From Ophelia neglecta (lineage: Eukaryota): 64,000 nucleotides of DNA. Both the position numbers and the translations under genes were made by a program. Below are positions 35,101 through 50,676 of this stretch, piece by piece. The stretch lies in contig OZ260661.1 of NCBI GenBank assembly GCA_965285935.1, positions 121,086,001 to 121,150,000 of the forward strand. The letters are read 5' to 3'. The notes under the pieces are model-generated. The model saw only the letters and a program-made list of their open reading frames with translations. It was not told where the DNA came from and made no database searches. Position 1 is the stretch's first letter. Each line of letters starts with the position of its first letter.

Positions 35101-38100
35101 AAAAGGCGATACTCAGGAACTGTAAATTGGTTAAATACCTGAAAATAACACCAATGAGTGAACCTAATTAAATATACAAACATCATGAGAACCGGAACAT
35201 TTTTTTTTCATGTTAGTTGTCACTCTTGGAATTTATGTTAGTTCAGCTTATAGCATACCACATCCTGGAATATACCATATATAAATATTATGTGCTTGCA
35301 TCATTCCAGTTCAGTATTTTTCTGAGTAAAAGGATTCAATTCCTACTTGGCTATTGTCCTGAGAGAGGCGTCTGTGATATTATTGTGAGAGATATTCAGG
35401 TAAAGTAGAATTTTACAACTCTCCACCACCATCTTCAAATTATCATCCTAATAAGACAAAAGGATGCATTTAACTGACAGTAACTCAATAAAAAGGATAA
35501 ATAAATAAATTTATAAATTAATAAATTTTTTAAATACATTTTTAAGATAAAATATGTCAATGATTTTTGATAATCTCTAAATTTTTAAGTGCAAAATTTT
35601 GCACACAATAGAACATACATGAACTGCAGAACATTCAGACAGATTCAGATCCTGCAGATTTCGACATTCTCGTATGGCGAAAAAAGCGTTGTCTGTCAGC
35701 CGCATACAGCCCCGGAGGTTTAAATGTATCAAATATGGACGGCACTTTGAAAGCAAGCGGGTTGCAATCTTGTCAGTAATCCTAGAAAATAAAACATATT
35801 ATACTGAACTTGGCTTCCTATCCTGTGGAATTAAACAGATTAGAAAAAGAGCTACAAACAACCGGGCTTTACTATATTAATATGTTGTTTGGAAGTTTTA
35901 AAATATTTCCTTTTTTTAGAGAACAGGGTAATACGTTTTCAGTAAATTCACAATCATATGATTTGAGCTAAAAATTGGGGATTCATTTCCTTAACTATAA
36001 ACTGTAGGGAGGTAAACAAAGCACAGCTTTAAAATCAATAAAAGGCTTTGTACAGGCAATATATTGTAATTTTTTTCATTTGGCTTAATAATATCAAAAT
36101 ATTTTCATATTACAAGAAAGAAGAGTGATTATTAATCAATAGGGAGATATCAGCCAACAACATCACTTCAATAAATCATCAAGGCAAACAAATTCGCATA
36201 TATTTTATTTTTCTGATTGTCAGTCACAAAAGGCCCTGGCAAGACTTGTACATGGACCAAGTTCCCACTATCTGTCAGCAGTTGTATTGTTGATGAATAA
36301 ACTACTTAATACTGAACTCTATTCTGACATAACCAACATAGGCAATAAATACAAAAGTCATCAGCAGGATATATCCAAAACTACTGTATAATTTCATAGT
36401 TTTATCATCATAATTAATGCACAACTCAAGTAAACCCATATTTTAATCATAATCAAAGATAACTTCATTGAAGCATGGACAATCCACGGATGTATTCAAT
36501 AGCTGTCTTAAATTCAAATCTTTATAAACACACCAAAATGGAATACTTAAAACACACACATACTTATATATGCTAGTATATGCCAATCAAACAATTCTTT
36601 ATTCCAAGAGCATGCTTTACCAAACCATAAAAATATATCTATTATTGAAAGTAACATAAAAAAAAACACACATACAAGTCTAAAAGTAGAAGTACAAATG
36701 TATTACCAGGATGTCAGTCAATTATGACCCACCCGTACAACAGTTTCTTACCAATTTGCCTCAAATCCTATGCCTGGTCTGAAATTAGCCAATCATAGTT
36801 TGGATTCTAAAACACGCACACATATATAGAGATATAATCTTCAGTATATATGATGGAATACTGTTTCTGGGAAAGCATGTGATCATGCCAAGCTGAGATG
36901 TGGGTGTGAGACCTAATTAACTTCAGCAAACATACTGCTATTCTGTTTCTTTTTACAACATAGTAGAATAAAAAATTATGTGTCCAAAAATTTCCTGTTA
37001 ACATATGAGTCTTAGGGTTGACATAATTAAGGTGTGTCTTGCTCAGCACATTTTCATAAAATTGAATTGGTCCCATTGCACCAGATGGGGGTCAGGGTTT
37101 TCCATGCTGGGACCCCCAACATTTATTTGCTTATAAAAAAAAGTATGAAATTGTTTTATTAGAAAATAAGTCTGCTATATTGGAATTTAATCTGTTCATT
37201 GACTGTTACAAGATTGCCAAGTTCTGGACATGGCTTTGCGAGAGATTTTCAGTGTTTTGAGGTATTGGATGGTCAAAGTGGAAGGTTTGCCTATATAGCA
37301 CATAGTCAAGAAGCTGGAGTCCTCCTTAGCATCATCTATTTGGTAAATAAGATAACCATATTGGGAAAAAATATCATTGAAAAACTCCCGAAAAGGCGAG
37401 GGAATTTTGGATGTTGCGGGAGAGTGGAAAAAATAAGTAAATTGAGTAAATTGAGTGCAATCTTGGCTACTTCCATAATGATTTGCCACTCTGGAGACAG
37501 GTACAAGAATCATGAAAAAATATAAGTTTTATTTCCTGTCAATACCTTATGGAAGAAGATTTTGCAGAAGTTGTTACTTGTACGACTAAAATACAGGAAC
37601 TCAAAGGCTAAGTGAAATGTGTTGTGGATGAAGGACTTGGAGAAACAGTGATTAGATAGTCATTTACATTTAGAACCAAGAAGATGGTTCTCTATTGAAT
37701 ATAGTTTATACTGTAGATCAGAAAGTTGATATTTAGCAGTTGATAACAGTAGTGTGCAGGTGCCATGTAGACTTCGTGCATGTATCATTCATATACGGTA
37801 TGTGTAATAACTATACAAATGATGTGAGTTCATAATCAAATTATATACAGGTAATTATAGTTTTGTGTGTTGAAAAATATTAGATTTACCCTTTCCTCAA
37901 TCTGAAAATTAGCATTTGGAAAGAATAAAATGTATAATATGTACATATATTAAGTTAGTGTGTTAGAAAACCAGTAAAAACGTGGCATCACCTAGCTTAG
38001 GCCATACTAATATGTAAACTATTTGACAGGCACTGCCACTCAATCTACATGTACAAAACCCTTACCATGTTCTTACTCTTTTATTTTGTTTTATTACTTT

Positions 38101-41100
38101 TAAAGCAAAAGCCACTGCATGGCTCCAAAAACCATAAGTATTTGTTCAGACACAAATGGGTAATAATAAACATTAAAAAAACTATCCTCTTGCAACATTA
38201 TGGCAAAAAACAAAGTGTCTAATAAATATCAAAAGAAATTTAAAAATAAAATTGCGCTGCCTCATCTGTTCAAGAAAAATAATTAAGAGGATGAAGAGAA
38301 GAAAATAAAAACTCACAAATATCCAAATTTATTAAAAATTAATTGAAACCAAATGCAAGTGTTTGAGAATAGACCTTTGAATTAAAAAAATGCCTGTAAA
38401 ACAGTTAATTGATTTACTAAAATTAAATTCATCTGTTGATGTCTTCATAATATTGTTTATCAATATTGTCTGAAATAGCCTAATTCATTATAAAATTAAG
38501 GTCAGGATTGAACTTTCCCAGGTAATTTACAATGCTCCCACCCCACCACCATGCCCCAATTGAAAATTTTAACTCACAGTGATCTGTTAAAACTTTCTTG
38601 CAATATCACAGAGCTTACACCCTTTGGCAAATGGATTTTTTAAATTTATTGTAGTAGATATAGTTATCACTAGGTTGAGAACTGCCACCAACCAGTTCAT
38701 GAACATGCGAGAAGTTATTACTAAAGAAAGAGCTGAGACTCTCCCGTCACCAGTATTTTCATGTACATGTGTCCAGTTGGACACCACACATACCCGTGCG
38801 TTAATGCATTATTTCGGATCTTTTTTGACCTATGATCACTAAAATCAATAAAATAAACAAATGATGTGAATCTTAACTTGGCCCTTGGAGCCTGTTCAGT
38901 GAAAATTAACTATACATGAATAAAATTGAGCATGGTTATTAGTGGATACATTAAGAAAAAAGCAACATATGGTGGCAACTTCAACAATAATTTTAGGGTG
39001 TTATTTCAAAACAGTTAGTATTACATATATCCTAGTTGAAAATTCAACAGGAATGTAAATCTATTGAATATGATATGTATAAATTACATAAAGAATAAGA
39101 AATGGCAACATAAGACATACCTATGTCGAACTTTTGTGAGGTCCAACTACAAAAGAACAAATGTAAATATACCCTAGAGTCATTTTAAAATGGTGACAGT
39201 GATGAGTGTATATAGCTATATATGTATTAAAGCAGAAGTGTAGGACGAAAATCAGAATACTGACATCAAAGCCAGACTAAAGCATTGCAAATAAATGTCA
39301 TGTAAGAATACTCCATTTAAATATGGGTGGAGGGGGGGGGGGAGGAAGATCTTTTTTACGTCCCCCCCCCCCCCCACACACACACACAGACACACACCAC
39401 TATCCCCTGAATAAATATCTTTATCATTCCTCTCCACTCTGTGTTTATTAATGGAATACCGTATAATTAGGCTAATATATGAAGTCCACCAGTTTAGAAT
39501 TACTAGTGTTTAAAATGGGCCATTAAACAATGCAAGAATAATATTTATCTACAAAATCCAGACGATCTTAATAGGAACCCCTAATTCTAAATTCTGTATA
39601 TCCAAGCCATTCTCCTGAAATATGAATTATCCCCTTATTTTCCTGCCTCCCCTCGTTCCATATTACTTTCTCCTGGTTAATTTGAATTTAATGACAAGTT
39701 GTAAAGCTCACCCTGCTCCACAGAGCACTGGACTGCGTGATCATCTTCCAAGACCGGCAGACACAGGCACATCGGGCTAAGTCAACCAGGTCAACAAAGC
39801 TGAATATCTGAAACACAGGAAATAGTTTTCATGAACATACTGAGCACATTCAGGATGACTGATTTAAATTGCTTATTGCTTTATTTGCATGCAGCAGTTG
39901 GATGATCTTTGACTTTTTCAGAGGCAGCCATATTTAATATATTTACAGTGAGATATCTCTTATGAATAGCATAAGACAATGATCTGAGCTGAACTCCTCT
40001 TTTGTTCCTTCATTTTCTATCCCATCACCAACATTTATTGTTTCCCACTAATCATTCTTTGGAACATAAAAAATGCTACAGATTTTAAGAGCGGCTAATC
40101 AAAACACAGGAGCTTGTGGCTGTGTTATTTACTCTCTAATAACTAACACCAGATCCAACAACAAGCTCCTGTGCACTGCACAGATTAATAATCTCCTCTG
40201 CTGTAGCCAGCCCATATTTAGAGACCAGCAGACCCCAATTCACCGTGAACCAAAACATTATACTGCAAACAACAAATTTGCATAATTTCCCTGTTATTGA
40301 CATCTGGAAAACATTAAATATATTAACATAATTGTGTAACATGACTGGTAATTAAAGAGAACCCCAAGTAGAGTACTTATGTCGAATAATTTTCATAAAG
40401 GATGTTTGGAATTAGGCACATTAATAAAAGATAATAATAAGGCATTTAGAAATACATACTCCTATCTATTTACTGGGACAGCGAATTGGTCTGTCTGACA
40501 GACTGACTTTCACAGAAAGTACCAGTATTTTTTTATAGTTTTGATTCTGAAGAATCAGTCTACATCTAATCTGCATGTAATCAATTCCTATAGTATGTAT
40601 ACACTTGGAAACATTTTGTCTATCAGCTCATATAAAGAAGGTACATTTGAACTGGATCTTTTTTTTTTGGTTGCTAAGGCAACTATATATAGTCCCCTTT
40701 CCATCAAAAAATGGTCAGTTTATGGCTTCCAACCTGCTCTTGAAACAAACATTGGTGCTGGCAAAGGACTGACCCCACTACCTTTCCTCCAAGATTGTTT
40801 TCCATTAAAAGGTGGCAACTAAAAATTTGAAGACAAGCTTACCCTGGTGGCCACTTTGTTAGGGAGCATAGATATGTCATCACGGGCCTCCCCACTCCCT
40901 TTACCAAAGACATCGTCATCATCCATATTCTCTCCTCGTTCTAGACGCTAAAAAAGTAGTAATTTATGTTTTCTTAAACAAGATAAAAAGAACCAACAAG
41001 AAAGAAGAAATGTAATTCTGACAAATGTGACTTGCAGAAGCATAAAATGGTTTAAAAGCATAGGCACTATGTTGAAACATGTCTATAAAATAAAGAGAAA

Positions 41101-44100
41101 AAAAGTCTGATGGATATTGCTCAGTCAACGGCCGTGGCTCAATAAAAACATGATATACATTCTTATATGAAAAATAAAATGAAGCAAAACTACAATGATT
41201 TTAAGTCAAGAATATTATATAAAGCATGGAGACAAAAAAACAATCACATAGACTATAATTAATAAGTAGGTCTCTTTTTAAATTGCCTATACTTGTTCCC
41301 TACCTAGGTCAAGTTTAGTTCTCAACCTACCTCATTGCCGTTAAATAGGACACATGTAATGTATATGTAAGAAAATGTAATCTTTACTCTGCTATCTTAC
41401 TAAATGACAGATTACATAGTATACTGCTGGTTTACATTTTAGGTGTGCAACATGTATCTACATGTGTGTGTGTGTTAGTATCGATGTGTATAAGTTTACA
41501 CTTATTCTGAGTGAGGCTGTGTCATCTTAAATCTGATTATTTTACAGTGCCTTGAACATATATTAATTGTTTCATACAAATCAGGTTGATGCATTGATAT
41601 TGTTAGCATGCAAAAATGGTGCTGCAAACACTTCTTTCTAAAACTAGTATATCTTAATTTGCCTTTCAATATTTTCTTGGTCTTTCCACATGAGCTCAAT
41701 TATAGTTATGTTCTGTAACAAACTGTATATATATATATATATATATACCGCGTAGTTCACTGCAAACTGTACAGACACATCATACAATAAATGGCTTCCA
41801 GGAAAGCTGGAATACTCTCATCATAATTCCTATCTGATCATTTATGTTACTTTGCAACAGAACTGCAAATTTTCAACTAAACCGCAAGTAGGAATTATAT
41901 GTGATAATGTGAGATACACACCGGGCACACTTCCACCTACCACACGGGGATCTAGCTCCATCACACTGTAAGCACATCTCTGTACGCCAACAATATCAAA
42001 AGGTAAACATGAAAAAATATCTGCCTATATTATACTGGTTTTCCTTTTTCTCGCCTGTTAATGAGTGCTATACATACATTTTTGTTAGGAGAATGTTATT
42101 ATTTTAAATTGTGTATTTTCCTTGCAGAGCTTAATATATGCATTTGCAAAGTTGTGCAGTGAAATTCACAAATTAATATACATTGCTGCAAACATCTGAT
42201 AGTGATTACATTTCCTTGTTACACTTTCCTTGAGACAACTATACAAGGGTAATTAATTCTTTCTGACACAGATGTTGTATATGAACAGCTTTGTGTACAA
42301 TATTGAAGTGAACAACGAACATCCATACATTTATTTTACCATAACAGGGGGAATTTTGACTTCCAACTCCTGAAATTTGATCATAAATTTACTGGAAGGG
42401 AATGCATGGGTACTGCTCACCAAAAGTATTATTGAAGGGAAATCTAACATGACAAGGAATTATGTTTAGGAGTGTTCTAAGGGCTCTTACAAAATAAAAG
42501 ATATTCCTTTGTGCACAAAATCCAGAAAGGATGTGTTTAAACTCCCACAATAATGTGCAAAATCAGTTAATACTACCAGACTGCCCCTAGTGCCAAAAAT
42601 ATGGGAATCCTTGTAGCCGTTTTTCAACAATAGCTCCGTCAAAGAACAACACTTTCCATAAACCCATGGTGATCACATTTATTGCACATCATGCAATCCA
42701 CAGACCTACAGACCACAGCATTTCAAACCAAATCCTTGCCTGCCCAACATGCGACATTGACTTATTAATGATCTCACCCCATCTGGGCTGGGAGTAAACT
42801 CAGGCGTAGACATCAGGTGGAATTCTGGGCTAACATATGGTTTGGGCCTCAATAAGGCCATTGCACTTAAATACTCTACATCAGCAGCCTATATAACATT
42901 AAATTAGTTTTCATTGTAACAGAGATGGGTCTTCATAAATAAAATCTATACAGAAAGGGGAACATTGTAGAGGAAATATCACTTTAAAAGATAAAAACAA
43001 ACTTTTTAACAAAATGGAAATACATGTACATGTACATGTACACATGTAAATGAGAAATGTTTAGTATATCATAACATGATTATAGACATAATGATTATTT
43101 AAAATCTAATAAAATATATAACACTAACTCAAAGATTCTAAACAGAAATCAGACACATGTTGAAATGTTGCAAATGTGCTCAAACCGACCACTATATGTG
43201 TGTGCTTTTAATTGAAATGACTAAAGCATTTTAATCCAGAGCTACACTGATAAACCCCTCTCTCTTTCCCTTGCCAGCATGATGCTACATGCACTTACAA
43301 GTTCAGTGCTTGATTCAATAAGCAGTGAAAGCAGGCAGTTCATTTTTAGATTTATATTTTACCAAATAAAAATGAGTGGAAAATCTATTAGTGCAGTCTA
43401 TGAACCTTTTTCAGAATGTTTGACAAATTAAGCATACTTGGATAAACTGTTTTAGGATGACAGATGTTGGTGTGACCATAAAGGTTAAAATTAAAGAAGC
43501 ATAAGCTATAAGAGGGCAAAATATAGCAAGCAAAACATGTAAAAACTTTACCCTTAAATTGATCTTCAGAAGTATGGAGAAATAGGAAGTGAACTTATTA
43601 GTTTCAATAATATCAATCTAAATATGGAGTGACCTCAATACTCAAGCAGAGGACACCATTACTTGTTTAAAAACTAAATACATTCCTTGTACTTAAGCAT
43701 ATCCACTTTACAATGGAAAATAAAAGTATTGTTTTTTTTCATTCTGTCACCTAACTTCCTAAGTCTTAAATAGGAAAAATGTATGAACATTTTGTATATT
43801 GCTACATGTAGATGGAAGCACTGACAGGGAGCTCATGTCCAGGTGGCAAAAAGTTTGTGATCTTACACACTTAATCTATTTTCACAGGAATTTACTACTG
43901 GCATGGTTTTCAACTGTTTACAGCTCAATTACAGCATATCAATAATACAAAAATATTTTTCTTAAAATATTATATCAATTCGATGGCTGTTAATTTTTTT
44001 AATAATACAGGCAAAACCACTGGTGTCATGTACAGTGTTAGTTTCATATCATTTCAGGGTAAGATAAACACTACTTATTAACTTTCAACTGTCCAATTAA

Positions 44101-47100
44101 TAAATGGTTAAGTAACTGCAACAAAAGTATTCATTTACAAGCTTTAACATATATGCTCTTATCAATATGAACCCAGGAAAAACAAATTAATCCTCTTAAA
44201 GATTGAACATTTAGAATAAATATAACATAATTGATATATTTTTTTCAATATAGACAGAATAAACGAAATAATTGTTTACAGATTGAATATTCAGAACAAA
44301 TTAAATATAATTTAATATAAAAATGATTACCCTAGTTTTCTTTGAATGGATGGAAAATTATATCAAAAATAGATTTAATTTGAATGTGATACTCTAATTC
44401 AAAAAATCTCCTCAAAATAATTCAATAGCTGATTTATACTGCATGAAAATATTATTAGTCAAAAAGGTTGAGTAATTAATCAAGCGAGTATGAAGGTAAA
44501 TGGATATCATGTTTTTGGTTGGGGGAGTTGATGAAAAAAAATTTGAAAATGGCCTGGATAAAAAAAACATACATGCATTTGCAATTTAATTAGACTTTAT
44601 CATTATTGGATAAATTATATCATAGAATCATGCTTTTGAGAGATGTCAATTTCAAATCTAGCATTTTAGACTAACATATTATAAATGAAGTAATAGAACA
44701 TCACTAATTTATAAAATGAGCTGCTTAGAAGCTAGGCAGTAGCTCATTTTGTGCATTCATTATTTAGTTTTTTTAAGTTGCCATTACCTCAAAGTACTCC
44801 CTTGTTCGCTTGGCGTCCAGCGTTACATTGTGCCAGCATTCAAATATCACACGTCCTACTGCCACATGGTACACATGTTGTATCTTATTGAAGGCCACTG
44901 TAAACAAAATGTATTGTCATTATACTAGTACATACATACAAATCTTAGCAGACCTTTATTAATTACTACATACATGTATCAATGTACGTTGTATTCAGTA
45001 TTGAATACTTCTTTTAAGTTATCCTTCTTGGACCTGATATTAGATCTAATCATTGGGGTTATGAAGATAGTACAGTTTATTATGAGATAGCGGGGTGTCT
45101 ACTTACTGGCCTGCCTTCCCCTTCTGTACCGTAGCCATTGCTGTTAATCAGTTAAGAAAATGTGTTTTGACAAATTTAAACCATATATTTGGTTAACCTT
45201 AGTAAACAATGTATTTGTCTCTTTCTAAAAGGATACAATCCATGTGTTGAGAACGATGCGGAAAATCCTGTGTTTATGATGCACAACTGCCAGACCCATT
45301 TTACGTGCCTCCTCCCTACGTTTTCTACGTTTTCTCAGATGGTACTGCATCCAGGCACTGAAAGGTTGAGGAACTGGATATAGAACAGCATAAATATGCA
45401 TTTTGTTAATAGACTGGTGAATGGTATGATTTTATAAAGAGTATGTTTTTCTTCAACTTACCCAAAGCCCATGTCTTTTAGTTTATTGTTATAATGGCCG
45501 TAAGCTTTCTCATACATCTCAGGCGTAGGCTGTCAGAGTGGAAGAAAACGGTATGCTTTAAGATTTATTTGTTCAGCACATAAAGATTTTTATTAAAATT
45601 ATTTTCAAACTATAGTTTGATGAAACTTTGCAATGCCAGAACAGATTACAGTGCAATCTATCAGACACAAAAATATGTTGTTGCTTCCTAAGTACAACCT
45701 TTTTGGTATACTATACCACAGAATAAAAATGAAATGCATCATAATCAGACCATAACCAGCACTACCCAAATTACAAAGGGTTTGATTTTCTGACAGGGTC
45801 AACTAGAATTTGAGGCTGCATGCTAGGGGGGTAACTCCCCCACACACACGCCCCCCCCCCCCCCACACACACACTTGGGTGATTACTAAAAACTAAGTCT
45901 AGGATCAATACACCTGAAGCACATTCATTGGTGTTGTGGAAGGAGGGGGTTTGATAGAGCCTACCTTCACTAGGGGTCTCCTAATCTAACAAGTAAACAG
46001 TGAATGAGATAAATAAAGGATAGATTTAAGTGTTCCCAGTGATAATGATCATTAAATCCTAGATAACTTAGAAACTCAATCAATTAACATTTGGAGAAAA
46101 AGGAATGTATTTGAAGATTGTTGCAGCACTAAATATACCATGACACTATATATATCCATGTGTATTTTGTATTTTGAAACTCAAATCTAAATAACAATAG
46201 CTCTGGATGACCAGTCATGTACTTTTAAAAAGAATTCAGAGGTATAATTCAAATTGAATGAATCCTTTAATTTCCCCCATACTTGTGATAAACACATACA
46301 CACCATACCATATTCATTAAACTATGTACCTAGTATGTACTGTTCTAGCATATTAACACATATAGTGACATAGCCATTGCAATGAAAGTGTCACTTTTTT
46401 TTCTAATTACTACTTTATTACGAACTGTATACTATAAAGCAGCCTTGGAAAATTCACATACAATGAAGCTGATTAACATAAGACTGATTCCACTTTGTGG
46501 AGACATTATCTACTCGTTCAAGCATACACACATACACACATTCATACATACATATGGGACCTAACTTTGGAAATGTGTAGAAATGTCCAAATTATTATGT
46601 GGAAATTATAGTTTTATAATATGCCATGATCTAGTGTTAGAAGGTTCCTAGATCAGCTTTCATATTGAAATAGTGTTACTGTATTTCAATTTTGGGGTGG
46701 CAATGCCACGCTACAATGTCATGAAATTTCTTGACAAAAAAATATTTCCAGATGATTTCAAGGGTGTCCATTGACTTAGCTGGCACTCAAACCAACAAGC
46801 CTTGTGGCAACACCACCCAGCTCAATGATCCAAGCAGCTCTACCATTGTGCTACATCCCCAACCCCCAAAAAGGTCGGTTCAATAGTACTGTCAGATATA
46901 CATGTAGTCAATTTTATCATTGAACACAGGGTTTATGGGTTTTGATGGCAGCCAGAGGTCAAAGTAGTTATATTTTTTGAAATTGAGGAAGGATAAAGGT
47001 TGGTTCTATAGCACTGAAATATAGTCACTTTGATTATAGAACACAGGGAATGATAAATGTGACTATATCTGACAGTACTATTGAACCAACCTTCTCTGGC

Positions 47101-50017
47101 TTGGGGATGTAGCACAATGGTAGAGTTGCTTGGATCATGAGCTAGGGGGAGGTTAACCAAGGTGTGAGTCCCAGCCAAGTCCGCAAACACCTTTGAATTC
47201 CGAATAAATTTGAAATTGTGGATTTGGATTTTCATTGTGTGTCAAAATGGACTATATGGTGAAGCCTATCAATGAGAAAAATCATCCTGCCATAATGACA
47301 TAACATGTACACAGATAAATAAGGATTTTGAATCATTAATAAATACCTGTAGATCCTGTGCCAATGTGAATAAAAACATGGCTTATTTTATGTTTCAATG
47401 CAAATGACAAATTTTTAATTTTGTCATGACAGATACTGTCATGAATCTATAATATTCTTTTATACTACAAATCTGCAATAACTGCAACAACTTTTTTCCA
47501 CCAAACAACTTAATCTGTCTGAAATAATACTGACTCAAACTTGGAATGCCATGAAAGATTAATATTCTGTTATTTTATGCTCATGCTAAGAGGCTTTCAC
47601 ATTTAGACCAGGTAATGAGATGGACGTTAAACAGGACCTGATGCAGCCAAACACAGCATGATCCACTTTTATCAATCATTATTTTTTCCCATCCAGCTAA
47701 GTTAATGCAGTTAATTATAACCAAGATGATAAAAACATCATTCATGCATTTATTTAAAATACCTCCAGTTTATATCTATCCTGTCATAACTCTATCCCTG
47801 TATAAACAATGCTTGAAAAAAGCTACTTGTACATGTTGGTGACATGATTGAAAAAAAGTGATTGAAAGTACATTTTCCAACAAAAATATACATAGAGTAT
47901 TATGTGAATTTTGATATTGGTAATATAGATTACCTGAGGTACATGTAGATTATCCTGGAGGAATAATTTGTTATTTATTTAAATTCAGATGATGTCAATT
48001 CACTATGGTCAATATTCATGAATAACTTAATAATAATTCAATAATTATCTACATTTTTATTCATATAGAACATACATGTAATTACTTAACTTGTACGTAA
48101 TATAAAACATGAAATTATCATGAGTAAAGAATGTTTACCACTTTGTAAATGAATTGGGATCTCCAAAATGTTGATAAATACCAAGATTCATTGAGAACTA
48201 ATTTTGTTCAACCTGCCGGAAAAAGTTAATACCCGTAACGACTTAAAGAGGGATCTGTTACCTGCATATTTTCATCAAAGTTGAAGATGAAGTCTAAATT
48301 ACTCTCTAAGATCAGCCTCTGTTTAGGCTTCATGTCCTCATCAATGAACATGTCCCTGTAAAATAAACAATTAAAATACAACATATGAATATCTTAATTT
48401 TTTCCTTGGCCTAAGTAATACAGAGTAATGTCCCTGTAAAATAAACAATTATGTTACAATAATACAATAACTTACCTTATAACTTGGCTTTAGTTGAATA
48501 GAATAACAATTTACACCTTGGCTTTAGTTGCAGAGATTAACAAAGTGGTAGGTAAGGGTAGTTGAACTGAACTTGCACTTGATTCAACAACAGAAGAAAG
48601 AGGGTTTTAATTACTTACCAATCAAGTTGAAAATCTCCTTCCTCTTTTCTACACTTAATATTCTTGAGTTTGTCAACAATGAATTGATAGGGATCATCTG
48701 GACACATGATGGCAAGACCCGTCAACAAGGCCTACAAGTTAGAGATATGTACAATCAACACACAATGATAAAAATGTTGTCATATAAAATATACCAGACT
48801 CCTTTTTATATATGTGCACAATTGTAGCCTAGTAACTTAAGGCCAGGCAGGATTTTGTTCCTTGTGTCATAAAGGATAAAAACAAGTTGCTTATACTGTA
48901 GAGTAATACAGTTAACTCAGTTAGTATAAATCTTCATATATATCAGCTTCCTGTTTTATAAGAGTGAAGCCTAATATTTTATTTTTCTATTATAAGGGAT
49001 CATTCTTTGATTCCTTGGTTTACAAATCAATGGATATAAAGTATATTGGTAAGATCAAAAAACAACACTGAAATTTTCTTGGACTCCTCAACAATCATGA
49101 GCTGCAGCCCAGTTTCAATAGATAACCTTTTTTGTACCCATGTGATAGACTACAGCTGGGCCAATACAACCTTGTAAATAGATATATGTTTTTCACCTGT
49201 TTGCTATCATTCTAAATCTACAGCACCAAAATTTTCTTGCTTGTCTCAAGAAAGGCTGTTTAATGTGAATGTCACCCACACGTGAATATCAACAGATGTC
49301 ACACAAAAATTACATTCTCCATTCAAGATCATTCTTGCAGTCAGGCATGGTGCTCAGTCAATCATGTACATGTGTGCCCGTCACCCCGTTGTCCAGGGCT
49401 TGGTGAAGTTGCCGTCCAGTTGCTATATTTTCTATGTTAAAGAGTCAAATAAAAATTGCTCTGTAAGCTTTAAACTCAACCAAAATCAAATATGTTTTCA
49501 TCTGATTCATTTTATCACAAAGATTCAGAATCCTATAACATTCCCTCTTTATATCAGATAGTTAATGTCTGGGACTAAATGCATACGAAGGTTTGTTTTA
49601 CATACAACACTGGGCATGTGGACCAGGGTTTAACCTTTGGCTTTTTGTAGTGAATGCACGGAGTGTCATCAGTGGCAATCCAGGCATGTTTTTTAAGCAT
49701 TTCAAGCATGGCACTGATACTACTCTCACCCTCCTCCACCCCCCCCCCCACCCCCCACCCCCCCCCCCCCCCACCCCACCAAGTTACCGCAGTTAGTGTT
49801 CTGCAAGCCGCATTTAACATCTTATTTTAAAACAATCCTTTACAACAAGAAACGTCAGTCAAACTGCCCTTGCAAAACAATGGTCCCAAACTGAAACGGA
49901 AGCACCTGTCAAACAAGACATGAAGAGGGATGTTCTTACCTCATAAACCTCGGGCAGCTTGTGAACCTTAAGGTACTGCTTGAGGTCTGGGTCGATTCCC
50001 TTCATGAAAGCTGCCAT
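29191..50017 (-). CDS. FBXL13: F-box/LRR-repeat protein 13 (dynein regulatory complex subunit 6), 21 coding exons, ~777 aa
   Basis: Phase-consistent GT-AG exons: 50017-49940, 48731-48619, 48355-48262, 45529-45462, 45357-45237, 45140-45107, 44897-44788, 40947-40843, 39807-39712, 39146-39121, 35781-35619, 35447-35347, 35138-35009, 34747-34649, 33666-33546, 33297-33135, 32188-31942, 31234-31097, 30739-30659, 30188-30025, 29272-29191 (total 2334 nt). F-box ISMLPNKVATRIFSFVDLVDLARCACVCRSWK is followed by cysteine-containing LRRs (ECRNLQDLNLSEC; GNQKITDASFK; CHYLMSLDISG) colinear with vertebrate FBXL13. Confidence 0.92.
46773..47181. repeat. Inverted duplication containing degenerate tRNA-like heads
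   Basis: Arms ~46773-46921 and ~47048-47181 are reverse complements (TTCAATAGTACTGTCAGATATA / TATATCTGACAGTACTATTGAA). The right arm contains GGGGATGTAGCACAATGGTAGAG. Confidence 0.75.
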
Positions 50018-50676
50018 GTTGATGTGAAATAAAAAGACACCGATATGCCAAAACAAAGTCTTTATATAAATTAATAGTCAGTAAAGTTTGGTCGGTATCT
50101 GAGTTTGTTAGGTTTGGTCCTCCATATTTGATCTGGATGGCAACCAATGATGGAGCTATTAGCGAACTTTATTTTTGAAATTGAGGTTTTAATAACATTA
50201 TAAGTGACTTTTGATATTTATAACACAATTAAATCTCAAAAAATTATTTAGTTTAATTTTCAGTTCATGTGAATAGCTTTCGTTTGAGAAACTTGTAGCA
50301 TTCATTATTTCATTCCACCTCAAACCTCCAGTTTGGAAAACACTCAAGACTGTTCGCCAGAGGTCAGCATTGGTGAACCTTTGAAGCTATGTTGGCTGGT
50401 ACCCTGTGCCAATGGCATGGTGTGTAGTTTGGTTGCTCGACTTTATCTCGACCGCCTATTATAGAACAGAGAACCAGGCAATGACTTATTTTAGTCTTAT
50501 TAATTTCGTTATTTGATCTTGCGTTTAAGCATCATTTTCCATTTCGACATCCAGTTTTGGGATCATTCCCCCAAGAATGGGGCAACGAACGTTATACGCG
50601 GTAAATACTTAATGAACTCATTAATAATGCAATATGTAAGGATCACTTAACTATTTTTTCCATCATATATCCGTGA

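Noticed and set aside
37196-38842. Overlapping ORFs in a long FBXL13 intron (possible nested gene like vertebrate LRRC17)
   Set aside because: No LRR or other recognisable motif and no consistent splice structure.
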